This document shows, piece after piece, positions 14,468 through 27,305 of a DNA stretch of 64,000 nt. The stretch lies in contig NC_043011.1 of NCBI RefSeq assembly GCF_006345805.1, positions 52,774,464 through 52,838,463 of the forward strand, in the 5' to 3' direction. A program made the position numbers and the translations under genes. The notes beneath the pieces were generated by a model. The model was not told the DNA's origin and did not search any database. It saw only the letters and a program-made list of their open reading frames with translations. Position 1 is the stretch's first letter. Each line of letters begins with the position of its first letter. The stretch is from Octopus sinensis (taxonomy: Eukaryota).

Positions 14468-14780
14468 GGGTATATTCATACATATCGTACTTAAAAGAGA
14501 AAGAAGTTAACTGGTTAAAAAAATAGGAACCCCCACCTCCGAACAGAACTAATGAATCACGTTCGTCTTATTTTTTTTAAAAGTACCAACTTCTATGAAA
14601 GGCAATTCCAGCGACTCAGTCTCTCAGTCACCCGTGGTACTGCTGTAGGTGGCTTGGCTTATTTTAAACATTTTTTTTTAGGGGAACACCAGGGTTCCTG
14701 AACGCAATGTTTAATTGAGGGAATGTATATACAGATTTTCTTCTGTACCCCATTTTTTAAAAATATTATTATCATATATA

Positions 14781-14907
14781 GGCATGGTTGTGTGGTAAGA
14801 AGCTTGCTTCCAGCTTCAGTCCCACTATATGACACCTTGGGCATGTGTCTTCTGCTAGCCAACCGAAGTCTTGTGAGTAGATTTGGTAGACAGAAACTGA
14901 AAGGAGT

Positions 14908-14953
<46 letters not shown>

Positions 14954-15388
14954 CACACACACACACACACACACATATCTTTCTCTATATAAACGGCAGT
15001 TTGTCTGTGCGTGTTTCTGTGTGTCTGTTTGCTTGTACCCTCACCCTGACTACGGCTTTCAACCGATTCTGATGAAACTTGACACACACATAGCCCAATG
15101 TCATAATTCAAAACTAACGCAGCGAAAATTTTGAAAAGTTCCCCCAGTTCTGAAAAAAATCGATAAATTCGACATGGGGTCGAGAATCAGAAACACAAAC
15201 CGCAAACTGTCTAGGGGACGCAACTCCACCTTTTTTAACTAAAAAAAAAATTTACCATCATTTTTTTCCATTTTTTTGCTATTTTTTGGCATAAAAATGC
15301 TTTATAGTTATTTCCCATACAAACCTGAGCAACGCCGGGCGATACTGCTAGTATATAGATAGATATGATGGGTGTCTTTCAGTTATAT

Positions 15389-15423
<35 letters not shown>

Positions 15424-15625
15424 TGTGTGTATTTTTCCCCCACCAGCACTTGACAACCGGTGTTGATGTGTTTATGTCCCCATAACTTAGCAGTTCACCA
15501 AAAGAAACTGATAGATTAAGTACAAGGCTTTAAAATATAATTCCTGGGAGTTGATTTGTCTTACTGAAACCTCTTCAAGGTGGTGCCCCAACATGGCCAA
15601 GTGAAATGACAAATAAGTAAAAGAA
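14781..15625 (+). mobile_element. Family-A SINE split by a Helitron insertion within its internal microsatellite
   Basis: SINE head at 14781-14905 and SINE body/tail at ~15430-15625 flank the element at 14978-15351. Confidence 0.7.
14978..15351 (+). mobile_element. Non-autonomous Helitron
   Basis: Starts with TC (A|TCTTTCTCTATATAAA), has a subterminal hairpin cctgagcaacgccggg and ends CTAG|T. It sits between A and T with no TSD, the established Helitron signature. Confidence 0.8.
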
Positions 15626-16129
15626 TATATACACACACGTATATATATTCATTTTCTTAACTGTTTCCTATTGAAAATTGTGGGGGTTTTTTTCAATGTA
15701 TAAAGAGCACACTGAAAAAATACAGTGTGAGTGAGAGCAGTAAAGACATACTACATATCATTAACATAGGTGCTCCAGCGTGGCCACACCCTTTGGGCTG
15801 GAACACACAGTAATTGTAGATGTGACAAAACAGTCATGACTGCAATGAGAACAGATATAGTCAGAGTTGGATAGCAAATAATGGAAACCATTCTGGAGCA
15901 GACACCACAGCTGGTGTGAGGTAGAAGATGGTAAGTGTGAAAAAAATATGGGTGTGAAATATTAACGACAACACTTATGTCAGTGACAATGACGACTGAA
16001 TTTCTGACGCCTATTCCAAAAAAATACTGAGATAAAAATCAATTTCTGTTCTATTACAAGGGAATTTCTTGATGACTGCTCTCTGGTGAGTTGTTTTAAC
16101 TTCCCAGTAATAAACTAATTTCTCAAGCA

Positions 16130-16300
16130 AGCCAATGAGAAAGCTTCTAAGTGATTGCTCAAAATGTTAGAAATAGCAGCCAAATCTCTTCCCACTCATG
16201 CTCTAATAGTCCTAGGTACACTATACCTGAAAGCAAGACAGGATAGTCTGCTGGATCTGAGCTGACCTACAACTAATTTCCTCACAAGAAGATAGTAAGC
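16130..16300. repeat. Interspersed repeat family with agaaatagcagccaaatctc motif (also ~40490-40690, ~60270-60385, ~62560-62790)
   Basis: Shared motif and downstream similarity among four loci; class unknown. Confidence 0.45.
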
Positions 16301-16483
16301 AGAATCGGTAAATCAGTCCTAGACAGCACGAGCTAGAATGGAAAGAAACGAAAGCAGTTTGTGCTGAAGTGAGTTGTGGGACCACTGCTTCAAGCAGAGA
16401 CTTTCATCTAAGAAGAAAATATTCTACGCTGATGTGAAGCACTAAGCTTCTAACGAAGTAAAAATAATGAGAGTCTGCGATAT

Positions 16484-16607
16484 TCATGCCATTTTCCTTA
16501 TTAAAGAACTGGAAATTAGTAATGCAAGTGAAAAAAGAAAACAGTTGTAACTGAGAATAAAAACTGGCTGATGAATCAGATTGGCAAGAACCTTCCAGTG
16601 CATGGCG
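16484..16607 (-). CDS. Candidate alternative terminal exon (phase 2): AMHWKVLANLIHQPVFILSYNCFLFSLALLISSSLIRKMA*, a hydrophobic tail-anchor-like C-terminus
   Basis: Long polypyrimidine acceptor ttttgcattatttctgcattttatttcag|. Its phase matches the 17025 donor. About 20 hydrophobic residues followed by RK and a stop. Confidence 0.5.
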
Positions 16608-17060
16608 CTGAAATAAAATGCAGAAATAATGCAAAATTATAATTGAAGAATGCAAATAGAGACAGAACCAAATATTAAAAAAGTAAAACATGCTTCTATT
16701 GAAGAATGTAAAGTTAAAGCTTAAGATGGCCTGTGAAGGGATAGTATTTTAAACAGCTGCAGGAGAAGTTGTAGTAGCAGTAGTAATAATAAAAGCAGAG
16801 GTAGTTTTTTCTCATAGTAGCAGCAGCAGTAGTAGTAGTAGTCAGAGTGATAGTTGTACTACAGTAACAAGCATGACTAAACTCGTTAGGATTGTTGTTA
16901 ACCCAGAATGAGCAAGTCCAATTGAGAAAGACAGCTAGACTGGGTGGCATGTTCAACTACCGATTTAGAGACATCTCAGAATGGTAAAGGGTTGTGAGGA
17001 TATTTGCTGACAGATGCAAACATACCTAGAATGGGATTCTCTAGCATGCAAATAACTCAC

Positions 17061-18191
17061 AGAGTCTCCGTCACAGAATTCTTCCTTGGTGATAATACTT
17101 TCATTTGCTTTGACAGATTCTTCTTCAAAAAGTATGGTGTCTCCTGTTTTTGTAGACGTGTCCCCATCTTCAGAAGCAGCAGTGGTATTGTTTTCTGCCT
17201 GATCATCTTCGAGAGTCACAAACTTTACCCCGTCTACACATTCTTCATTATTAATCTGACCCTGTTCTCTAGAATCTTCCCCATCAGACAGATCCACGTC
17301 AGTATCCCCAGTTTCCTTTCCCTCAAACTTTGCTGCTACTTCCTCTTCATTTTCTGAAGACCCTACTTTGTCCGGTGTTTCCTTCTCGGAATCACTAGAC
17401 TCTTTGGCTTTTTCATAATCTGAAGTTCTGCCAGTCTCTTCCTCTATCGTATTCTCACCCAGTACTCTATCTGGTGCTTCTTCTTCACTGTCTACCGAAG
17501 CTCTGTCAAATCTCTCTTCTCTAAGGTCTACCTCTCCTGTAGTGTCATTGACATCACTAAAAGACCCCTCTACAGTTCTATCATTAAAATTCTCACCAGA
17601 CACTTCCATTTTGCAGTTATCTGCATCACTATCAGATTTATTGACTAAACACTCTTCTATAGAATTATTGTATCCCTCCACTGTATTCTCGTTTCCAGTT
17701 CTATCAATCTCCTCTACTATTTCGTCATTTGAAACATTACCAGACCTCTCCCCTATACTATCATCTATAGACCTATCAGACACCTCTACTACACTATCAT
17801 CTTCGGCTCTATCAGATCCTACTACAGTTCTATCATGTAAGGCTCTATCAGATCCTTCTTCTACACAATCATCTTCACTTCTATCAGATCTATCATCGAA
17901 ATGTTTGTTTTCAGTCAGGCTTCTGTTTACTGTCTCACATACTTCTGACTTCAAAATTGCCTCGTTTTCTCCCACTGGAAAACTTTTTTCTGCATCCTCT
18001 TCAAAATCCCCAGGCTTACTGCCATCTTCAGCTGTTTCTTTGCTATCTTCATCATTACTCATGATGGTTTCAGTATCAGCTAAGTTGACGTCTACTTCCT
18101 TCCCATCATTATTGTCGTCTAAATTAACATCCAGTTTTCTAACCGTCTCGGTGGCTTCAGATTGTTCGACAATTATTTGTTCTTCTTCAGC
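17061..18191 (-). CDS. Large Glu/Asp/Ser-rich exon (1131 nt, 377 aa, phase 0-0 using the 17060 donor; alternative phase-2 donor extends it to 17026), probably intrinsically disordered
   Basis: Contains most of ORF 16965..18062, extended upstream to acceptor tctttttgttgatataag|GCT. Donors TCT|gtgagt (17060) and TAG|gtatgt (17025). Confidence 0.85.
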
Positions 18192-18324
18192 CTTATATCA
18201 ACAAAAAGATTAAATATAAATGAGGGAATAAATAAAAATTATGTTAAAGTAAAATCTGATATTGGAATACAAAGAAAATATTAAATTCATAAAATATCAA
18301 AATTATAAATCTTTGGTAGGTTGT

Positions 18325-18355
<31 letters not shown>

Positions 18356-21328
18356 ATATATATATGTATAACAGCACAATAGTAACATACATGCAAAAAG
18401 AAGAACAATGTGTGTGCAAATATATATGTATGTAAGCGTGTATGTGTATATATATTTTGATATGTGTATGCATATACATGCGTCTGCATAAATGAATAAA
18501 TATATACATACAACATAGGACATAACATGGACAGCAACGCAAACTGAAACACATATATAACAACACATTAAAACAGAATTACACCAACACACATACAAAC
18601 AAATTTACAGTAAAACACACACAGACAGACAGACAGCACTACATCAACAAACATAAATACATATCACTTTTTTCTTTTTCTTTTTTCAGTTAACTCTGAA
18701 GCTAGATAAATGACACTGTCCATACCACATCCATGTGCGCTGACAGTAGCCTACCCCCATCACCTTACCCCGATCTCATCACATCAGCAGCTCCAGTATC
18801 CGTTAAGAAACTCATCCTTTCCATGACTACACGCATGTGCGCACACACACACACACACACACAGAGTTCTGCCATCTTCACCCCAGTTAATGGAAATGTC
18901 AGAAGAAAGCTGGGACTGAGAATGTAAAAATACAGCAATAACATTGTCATTTCTGGAATTTTCGCAAACAATCATGGACGGAATGGATAAATCATGTTCT
19001 GAATGTTATTGTACGAGGGGTCTTGATCCTTGAAGATATGAAAATAGATTTGGATGGGGGGGAAATGGAGAGCAGGAGAGTGGAAAGAAGATGACTCTAT
19101 ATTCAACTAAATAAATAAAACATTATACGTTGTTATAGTTTGAACTTCTGTATGAATTGTCTGTCTGAGGTTTTGTGAGTCAGAAAGGCAAAACTGACGA
19201 ACTTACAAAGATATTAAAACACCCAGTGCAAGTTTCCTACAACAATAACAATCTTTTCTTTTGTATATCTTCTGCTTTATTAATGTGGAGATGTTTATGT
19301 TAGTGTTTGCTGAGAACTCTGAAAGAAATGCATCGGTCAATGATGCACTTAAATCACTTGGGTCGTCATCATCATCATCATTATTTTAATTATTTGTTCT
19401 CTATATTGGTGCGGGTTTGACTGATCTGCAGTACAATGTATTACAATTTATTCCAGTCATGAGGACAATAAACAGGATTGACTGCAGGGTAGTTAAAATA
19501 TCTGTCTATCTATCTATCATCTAGCTGTCTGTGTCTATCTGTGTATGTGTGTGAAGGAGTAGGGATATGCTGAATGAAGAGCCATCGTTTCAGAGTGACC
19601 AATACACAACATACTCTGGGATGAAAAACAGATCTAATTCAAAACATGCTTCTGAAAGCTGAAGCTCAAGACAAAACCCAGAATGGATTTAATGTAAATG
19701 AGTTTTAAAGTCTTTGAAGAAGCCTTTTTTTTTTTTTTTTTTAGTTCTTATGAAATAGTTAAAAAGTAGATGGGGTACTCATCACTTTTTAAAGGCTCTT
19801 TTGGGCCAATGAACAGTGATGTGATTAATGTACAGTCTGAACATATGTAAGAAAAAGGCATGAGAGAAAAATCCAGGAGGTTGCAGTTGCAAGGAGAAAG
19901 GATTGGAACAAAATGTTTTAGTGTAGGGATCTGTAGGTGAGACAAGAGGACAAGAAGCATATCTATCAATCTATCTAAATATATATATATATATATAAAT
20001 ACATATATATAAAAGTAGAGAGAGCAAGAGAGATGAGAGTATTTTGTGGGCCAGGATGGAGAAGAAGTTGATAATATAGGAGTGGTAAAAGTGGTAGAAA
20101 GGGAGGGAGGAAAAGAGGCAGAAAAGGATGGGAGGGGGGAGAGGAAACGTTGTGCCTGTGAGCTAGTGATTGCAGCTTGATGCTGAGTGAATCTTTGTCA
20201 ATCAATAATGGCTTTATTTAATCAGGAAATAATGGAAAAAACAAATTTCGTGGTAGTGAAGCAACAACAACAACAACAGCAGCAGCAGCAGCAGCAACAA
20301 TATTAACAGCAATAGCCGCTACCATTGAATACTGTTTGTAAATAGAATCATAATTTTTCTGGAGCTTGACAATAGATTCCTAGATTTAGTGTTTGGACAA
20401 GAAGTTGCTTCAGGAAAGCAAACCATAAAGAAACTGTGTCAGAGAAGAAAAAAAAAGTCTGCAGTGAAGGAGATGAATGATGAGAATAACAACCCTATCA
20501 CCACCACCACTATCACCACCACCACCACCACCACCATCATCAATAATGGGTGACAGTTGTTAGATGATAATGAATAAATTTGTTGAGAAAATCTCAGCAA
20601 CTCTCCAGATTATATTCCTGCCATTCTCCCCATAGTTGCTGTTCAGTGATTTCAAATTCAGAAATAATAACTTTGGAACAGTTGTTTACCGATTACAGTT
20701 TCCGGCTCCTCCGTATCTTCTCTTCCACCACACCAAAACACGATAGAGAAAAGTAAATCAGTTGAAATAACATTCTCAATGTTCTTTTTTTTATTTCTTT
20801 TATCATGTTTTATTTTTGTGTTAATTTTTTTTTTTTTTTTCACTCCCTCTCTGGATTTTTCCTTATTTGAAGAATACAACTGAAAGCTTTATGGAACAAA
20901 TTTGGATAGAATGGAACTATTATTTATTTTAGGTTCCGATTATTTCACCATTTGTGGAAAAAAAAAATGAAAAAGGGGAAAAAAGAAACAAAACCTTGAT
21001 GGAAATTGATATATTTATGTGTGTGTATGTGAAAGGAAATTGTTAGATGTGGAAAAACTACAAATCTATCTATCTATATATATATACATACATACATACA
21101 TGAGATCGAGAGAGAGGCACATATACACACGAAAACACAAACATGAGGAAAAGAGCAGGAGAAAGAGTATATTTGAGCATGGACCAGCTAAAGAAACTTT
21201 TCAAGAGAAAGAAGCTGTTCAAATTTTCAGCTTAAATTATATTGCAAATAAATACACAACACACAAACTTAAAATGTAATTTTCAAAATCTATAAATGAT
21301 GAAAACAAATAATAATAGTAATAATAAT

Positions 21329-21781
21329 GGTTTCAAATTTTTTCCCAAGGGCAGCCACTTTGGAGGGGAGAGGGATAAGTCAGTTACATCGACCCCCCAG
21401 TGTTTCACTGGTACTTAATTTATTGATCCTGAAAGGATGAAAGGCAAAGTCAACTTTAGCAAAATTTGAACTCAGAATGTATCAATGGGCAAAATATTGC
21501 TAAGCATTTCGCCCAGCATGCTAACGATTCTGTCAGATCACCACCTTAATAATAATAATAATAATCCTTTCTACTATAGGCACAAGGCTTGGAATTTGTG
21601 GGGAGGTGGATAGTCAATCACATCAACCTCAGTACTTGACTAGCACTTAATTTAATCGACACTAAAAGGATGAAAGGCAAAACTGACCTCAGCAGAATTT
21701 GAACTCAGAATGTAAAGACAGACAAAATGCCAGAAAGCATTTTGCCCAGTGTGCTAACCATTCTGCCAGCTCACCACCTTA
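21329..21781 (-). mobile_element. Two tandem family-B SINEs separated by (AAT)n
   Basis: Both show the tRNA head, core and tail, with different 3' end variants. Confidence 0.8.
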
Positions 21782-21814
21782 ATAATAATAACAATAATAA
21801 TGATAATAATACTT

Positions 21815-21972
21815 TCTACACTCACGGAGTGGTTGGCATTTGGAAGGGCATCCAGCAATAGAAACATTGCCAGATCAGACTGGGCCTGGTGCAGCCTTCT
21901 GGCTTCCCAGACCCCAGTTGAACCGTCCAACCCATGCTAGTATGGAAAGCGGACGCTAAACGATGATGATGA
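21815..21972 (+). mobile_element. RTE-type 3' tail fragment (GGAAGGGCATCCAG domain, (GAT)n tail)
   Basis: Homologous to the reverse complement of 9903-10060. Confidence 0.75.
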
Positions 21973-22084
21973 ATGGAAGCACAAGGCACCACATTTGGGG
22001 GAAGAGATTAAGCTGCTTACATTGGGCCCAGTGCTCAACTGATACTTATTCCATCAAATCCAGATGGATGAAATGCAAAGCCAA

Positions 22085-22555
22085 CCTCACTGGAATTTGA
22101 AGGGTGGGGCTTAGTTAATGACATAGATTCCAGTAAGTTGGCTGCTACTCTTTTTTTTTTTTATCAATCCTGGAAGGATGAAAGGCAAAGTTGACCTTGG
22201 CAGAATTTGAACTCAGAATGTGAAGACAAATAAAATGCTGCTAAGTATTTTGCCTAGCAGGGTAATGATTCTGCCAGCTCAGCACCCCAGTTAATGGAAA
22301 TATTGATAAGAGAAATATGGATATGAATGAGGAGCAGTATGATGATAATAATAATTTTGGCACAAGACTAGAAATTCTGAGGGGAGGGGGCCAGTCAGTT
22401 ACATCCATGCTAGTACTTGACTAGTACTTTCTTTAATCAAAAAGATGTAAAGCAAAGTTGGTTTGTGTGATTTGAACTCGGAACACAAGTTGGAAGAAAT
22501 ACGGCAAAGCTGATTCGTCCGACGTACTAATGAGTCTGCCAGCCCACTTGACGAT
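22085..22555 (-). mobile_element. Two degenerate family-B SINE copies
   Basis: ggatgaaaggcaaagttgacc...atttgaactcagaa motifs. Confidence 0.65.
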
Positions 22556-23089
22556 GAGTAAACAGAAGCATTAAAGATGTTCAGAACAAGCTTAATAAAA
22601 TAAATAGATAATTAAGATTAAATTGATTCTTTAAGACAAAGTAAGTGGAAAGAGTTGTTGGAAGTATTGTAAACAACAATGCTGCAAGTAAGTCAAAAGT
22701 TTGTTTTGAAGATATTACTTAAGACTTGAGTATAGTAACAAGGAAGCAAAACTCAATGGTATGTTTAATAGGTGGGGTGGCTGGAGTGTGATAAAAGAAC
22801 ATGTTTTTATGGACAGCATATGTATATTTGTATTGAAGAAGTGGTGAGATGGCTAGTTAGAAAGAGATTCTACAAAGAAATGGTTAGTAGAATTATTAGA
22901 AGAATGATATATATGTCTATTGACTTCAATAACTAATAAACAGTGATAAAATAGAGTGATTCAGTAAGAATTCCCTTAAACATTAAAAATATATACAGAA
23001 TTTTATTTTTTGGCGCCTTGTTGTACCAGGACTGAGATATCTGGTGCCTTGCTGTATGCAAAAAAAACCCATCCATCACAGCAGAAATG

Positions 23090-23325
23090 ATACCAGTGCT
23101 GGTGCCATGTAAAAAGCACTTGCAATGGTGCTATGTTAAAAGCACTGGTACTGGTGCCACATAAAAAGCACCCAGTACATTCTGTGGAGTGGTTGGTGTT
23201 AAGAAGGGCATCCAGTCATAGAAACCATGCTAGAACAGACAATGGAGCTTGATGTGGCCCTTGGACTTGCCAGCTCCTGTCAAACCATTCAACCCATGCT
23301 GGCATGGAAGACTGATGTTCAATGA
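23090..23325 (+). mobile_element. RTE-type 3' tail fragment with short gtgctggtgccatgtaaaaagcac repeats
   Basis: GAAGGGCATCCAG domain and cccatgctggcatggaa tail. Confidence 0.65.
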
Positions 23326-24294
23326 TAATATATCACTGTACCAACCATACTGTTGGATGTTGTTATACACTACTGATCACAATGTACTTCCAATCCTTTC
23401 TTGATTTCACCATTCTTTTCCACTGTGGCCCAAATCACTAAACTAAATTGCCTTACCAATCATTGCAGAGGCCTTCCAGGGGGCCTTTTCCTATCTATTG
23501 GATACCATTTGGCAATAGTAACATGGGTCTGTTGTCAGTGAACCTTGCAGTAGAACTTCTACTCAGTTTTTGAATTATCTCACTTTGGATATGCTCTGTG
23601 TGTGTGTGTGTGTGTATAATTTTATATGTTTTAGAAAAATGCCATTATCTAAATGAGGGAATATTTACTGCTCCAAAAATGGCCCAATATAACAGTAATC
23701 TTGGGCGGTGGTGATCAAGGCAATTGGTGGTATGAATGGCAGAGCAAAAGACGACCTATCCTGGAATCTCGGAGTTGAGGCATTCAATAAAGGGGAGGAC
23801 TGGGGCCTGAGGAATAATGAATTCAAAGAAGAGGCAGGTGATGGCTGTGGTGAAGAAGTCAGGTATGAAGAAGGGTGAGAGAAATGGCAAGACAAGATGT
23901 ACATTAAGAAGCTTTTGAATTACCTTGTACCACTATATAATACAATATAGTAAATAATAATAATAAGTATTCAAGATGTGGGGCATGAAGGTGAAAACAA
24001 TACCAATAATAATAGGAGTATTGGGTATGATAAAAAAAACATGAACAAAAATGTAGAAGCTACACCTGGATCCTCAACACTACATGCAATCTTTTAAAAT
24101 AGCCTTGCTAGGAACAAGCCACATCCTACATAAAACACTATCAATTCAGTAAAACAAACAAAACCTAAACAAAACGATTCACAAACACAAGACACTCTAT
24201 ACAGCAAATATCCAATAAAATAAACAATCACCAGCAGGCTGGATACCCACTGCATTATACACACAATGCAAACATTAATACAACAAAAGACTGG

Positions 24295-24388
24295 GGTGGG
24301 GGACTGGTCAGTTACATTCACCCCAATGTTTCACTGGTACTCAATTTATCGACCCTGAAAGGATGAAAGGTAAAGTCGACCTCGGCAG

Positions 24389-24421
<33 letters not shown>

Positions 24422-24635
24422 TAATAATAATGGATTCAAATTTTGGAACAAGGCCAGCAATTTCAGGGGAGAGAATAAGTCGATTACATCGATTCCAGTG
24501 TTCAACTGGTACTTATTTTATCAACCCTGAAAGGATGAAAGGCAAAGTTGCCCTCAGTGAAATTTGAACTCAGAATGTGAAGGCAGAAATGCTGCTAAGC
24601 ATTATGCTCAGCGTTCTAACGATTCTGCCTGCTTG
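24295..24635 (-). mobile_element. Family-B SINEs (partial plus full), separated by (AAT)n
   Basis: Same core and head motifs as the other family-B copies. Confidence 0.75.
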
Positions 24636-26124
24636 AATAATAATAATATATAGAGATAGTTCCTCATTTATGTTACATGGTTATTGCACACTGAGTTGGC
24701 TTTGTAGAATAAAAACATCTTAATAGCAAAATAAATAAATAAAAAGAGATTGAGACTGAGAAGCAAGAGAACAATAATTAAAATGATTTAAAATGAAAAT
24801 AATTAGGAATGGAGTTCTGGTCCCCTCAGTCCACAAATGAAAAAAAAAAAAAAAGGAAAATGAAATGGTATATTTTTAAGTCAGAAAATATTTAGAAGTT
24901 TCACAGTGCCAATAAATACAATTGTCTTTTTGTTTTTTTTTGTGTTTTTGGTTTTGTTTTTTACATGAGTAAATCTAACTTTCAGTATAAAACTTTGAGA
25001 ATAATATACAAGCAAATGAAAACAAAAAAATAAAAAACAACAAATATTTCCATTTCATCTCTAATGGAAACATTTTTGCTCAAAATAATAAGAATAATAA
25101 AGAAAAATAATAACAGACTTCTAACAGCAAATTGTAAAAAGAAATAGAGAATCTTGAAAATGTTTAAAATTAAGTATAAAAATAAAAAGAAAAGAAAAGA
25201 AAAGAAAAAAAAAACAAAGAAAAATTTAAATGAAGAAATCTAAAAAAAAGAAAAAAAAACAAAAAAAGTAGATATGTTAAAGAGATACAGAAAGAAAAAG
25301 AAAATATAAAAATGGTAAAATGGTGCCTAATTTTAGAGAGAAATCACTTTGAAACTTATAATATTAGAAGATCATTTCAGAAACTATTCTGAGTCAGATT
25401 CCTATCTAAAAAACATTGCAAAAGTGTAAAGTGGAAATCAGTGTTTACAATCCTGGCTAAACTTAGCTAAAAAGTACGATGTTGCTGGAATCTCGCAGGA
25501 AATGGCAAGAAATAAAATTGGAACACAGATTTGAGGAAAGGGGTGTAGGGAAGTGGGGAGGGAGGTGTCAAGGAAAGAATGAATAAATGAAAATTTTCTG
25601 CAAAACAACATAAAGAAATAAATAAAAAAAAATTTGAAATTTTAAGACGAAAAGAAAAAAAAAATACGGGAAGAAGCTAGATTAAACATAAAAAAATACA
25701 TAAATAAAAATTTCCTCAAATAACATGGTAAGGTGTGTGTGGAGGTGGGGGGTGGGATTTGAAAATAACTGAAGTATTGATTTGTTTAGAAGTTGATATT
25801 TTTAAGACAGGATATCATGAATGACTTAGAATAAAAAGTATATTGGAATAATAATGATTTCTTACAAAGACACAACATCTCAAATTTAGAGAAAGTACGG
25901 GTTAGTTAATACTATAGACACCGGTACTTAACTAGTACTTCAGTTTATCAGCACTGAAAGGATGAGAGGCAAAATTGACTTTGGCAAGATTTGAATTCAG
26001 AGCGTAAAGAGCTATGCTCTTTACGCTCTGAATAAAGTTCTAGTTAGAGTAAATACTACAAGGTATTTTGTTCAACATTCTAACTACTCTACCAATCCAC
26101 TAATTTAATAATGATAATAATAGT

Positions 26125-26682
26125 AAATACCCTGATGCAGTACCAGGCAGTGGCTCTCATGGCTTCTGATCTTAATTGATTTGAAGTGTTATCATGTACA
26201 TTGTTTTGTCTTAGTATAAAAGGTGGGCTGCAGCAAATATTCTGCTCAATACCACAGACTTGCTTATTAGTTATTTGACCATAACCAGTTGAGCATTCCC
26301 TTAGTAGCTGACGATACATGCATCTCTGATCATGAGCAGAAGTAGTGGAGGAACATCACAGCCGTACGTTGAAAGGAATTCTTTGAGGTTTGAATATTTC
26401 ACCTCTGGAAACATGGGTGTTTTGTTCAACATCCTCAAACAACCCTTATTCAGGGACCTTTTGAGTGGGATGGGGTACTCAACCTGACGGAAATTCTAAC
26501 TGGGCCCTACCTGCAAGGGCATGTGCTGTTTATCTTGATATGGAGATCACCATGTTGCACACATATGGTTGTGATGCATGTACCCTTATCAGACAAGTAG
26601 TCATGATGGGTATACTCGGCTTCGTATATTTTACCCCAGTATCACTTTGATGGCATGCACTGCTCTCTCAATAATAATAATC
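26125..26682 (-). mobile_element. Unclassified ~560-bp probable retroposon with (ATT)n tail
   Basis: GC-richer block bounded by (AAT)n on both sides, no long ORF. Class is inferred only. Confidence 0.4.
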
Positions 26683-26879
26683 ATCATCATTTAATGTCTG
26701 CTTTCAATGCTGGCATGGGTTGGATGAATCGACAGCAGCTAGCAAGCCAGAGGTCTACACTGGGTTTCAATTGTCTGTTTCTACAGTTGGATGCCTTTCC
26801 TAAAACCAACCACTTTTTATTGTGCTTTTTATGTGGCACTAGTACAGGTGCATTCTATGTGGAACAAGCACAACAACGT

Positions 26880-27305
26880 TTTCAAATTTTGGCACAAGGC
26901 CAGCACGTTCAGAGGAGTGGGTAAGTTCATTACATCAACCCCAGTGCTCAACTAGTACACTTTTTATCAACTCATAAATGATGAAGAGCAAGGTCAACTC
27001 TGGAGGCATTTGAATTCAGAACATGAAGTTGGATGAAATACTGCCAAACATTTTGCCAGTGTGCTAATGATTCTGCCAGTTGCCACCTTAACAATAACAA
27101 TAATGGTTTCAAATTTTGGCACAAGGCCAGTAATTTTTAGGAGAGAGGGCAAGTTGATTACATCAATACCAGCTTAATTGGTACTTTGTTTTATCAACCC
27201 TGGAGTGATGAAAGACAAAGCTGACGCTAGTGGAATTGAAACTCAGAAAAAATGCTGCTAAACATTACTTTGGCATGCTAACAATCCTGTCAGCTTGTTG
27301 CCTTT
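26880..27305 (-). mobile_element. Two tandem family-B SINEs, preceded by an antisense RTE-type tail (26683-26830)
   Basis: Core, head and (AAT)n spacers. Confidence 0.75.

Noticed and set aside
17542-18213. 223-aa Ser/Leu-rich plus-strand ORF
   Set aside because: Antisense shadow of the acidic exon, with no independent support.
20261-20305. (CAA)n(CAG)n polyQ-like run
   Set aside because: Closed by a nearby stop and without splice signals; an intronic trinucleotide repeat.
25540-25562. Canonical G-quadruplex motif, and an 18-bp palindrome at 60815-60832
   Set aside because: Single short motifs expected by chance in 64 kb, with no functional context.
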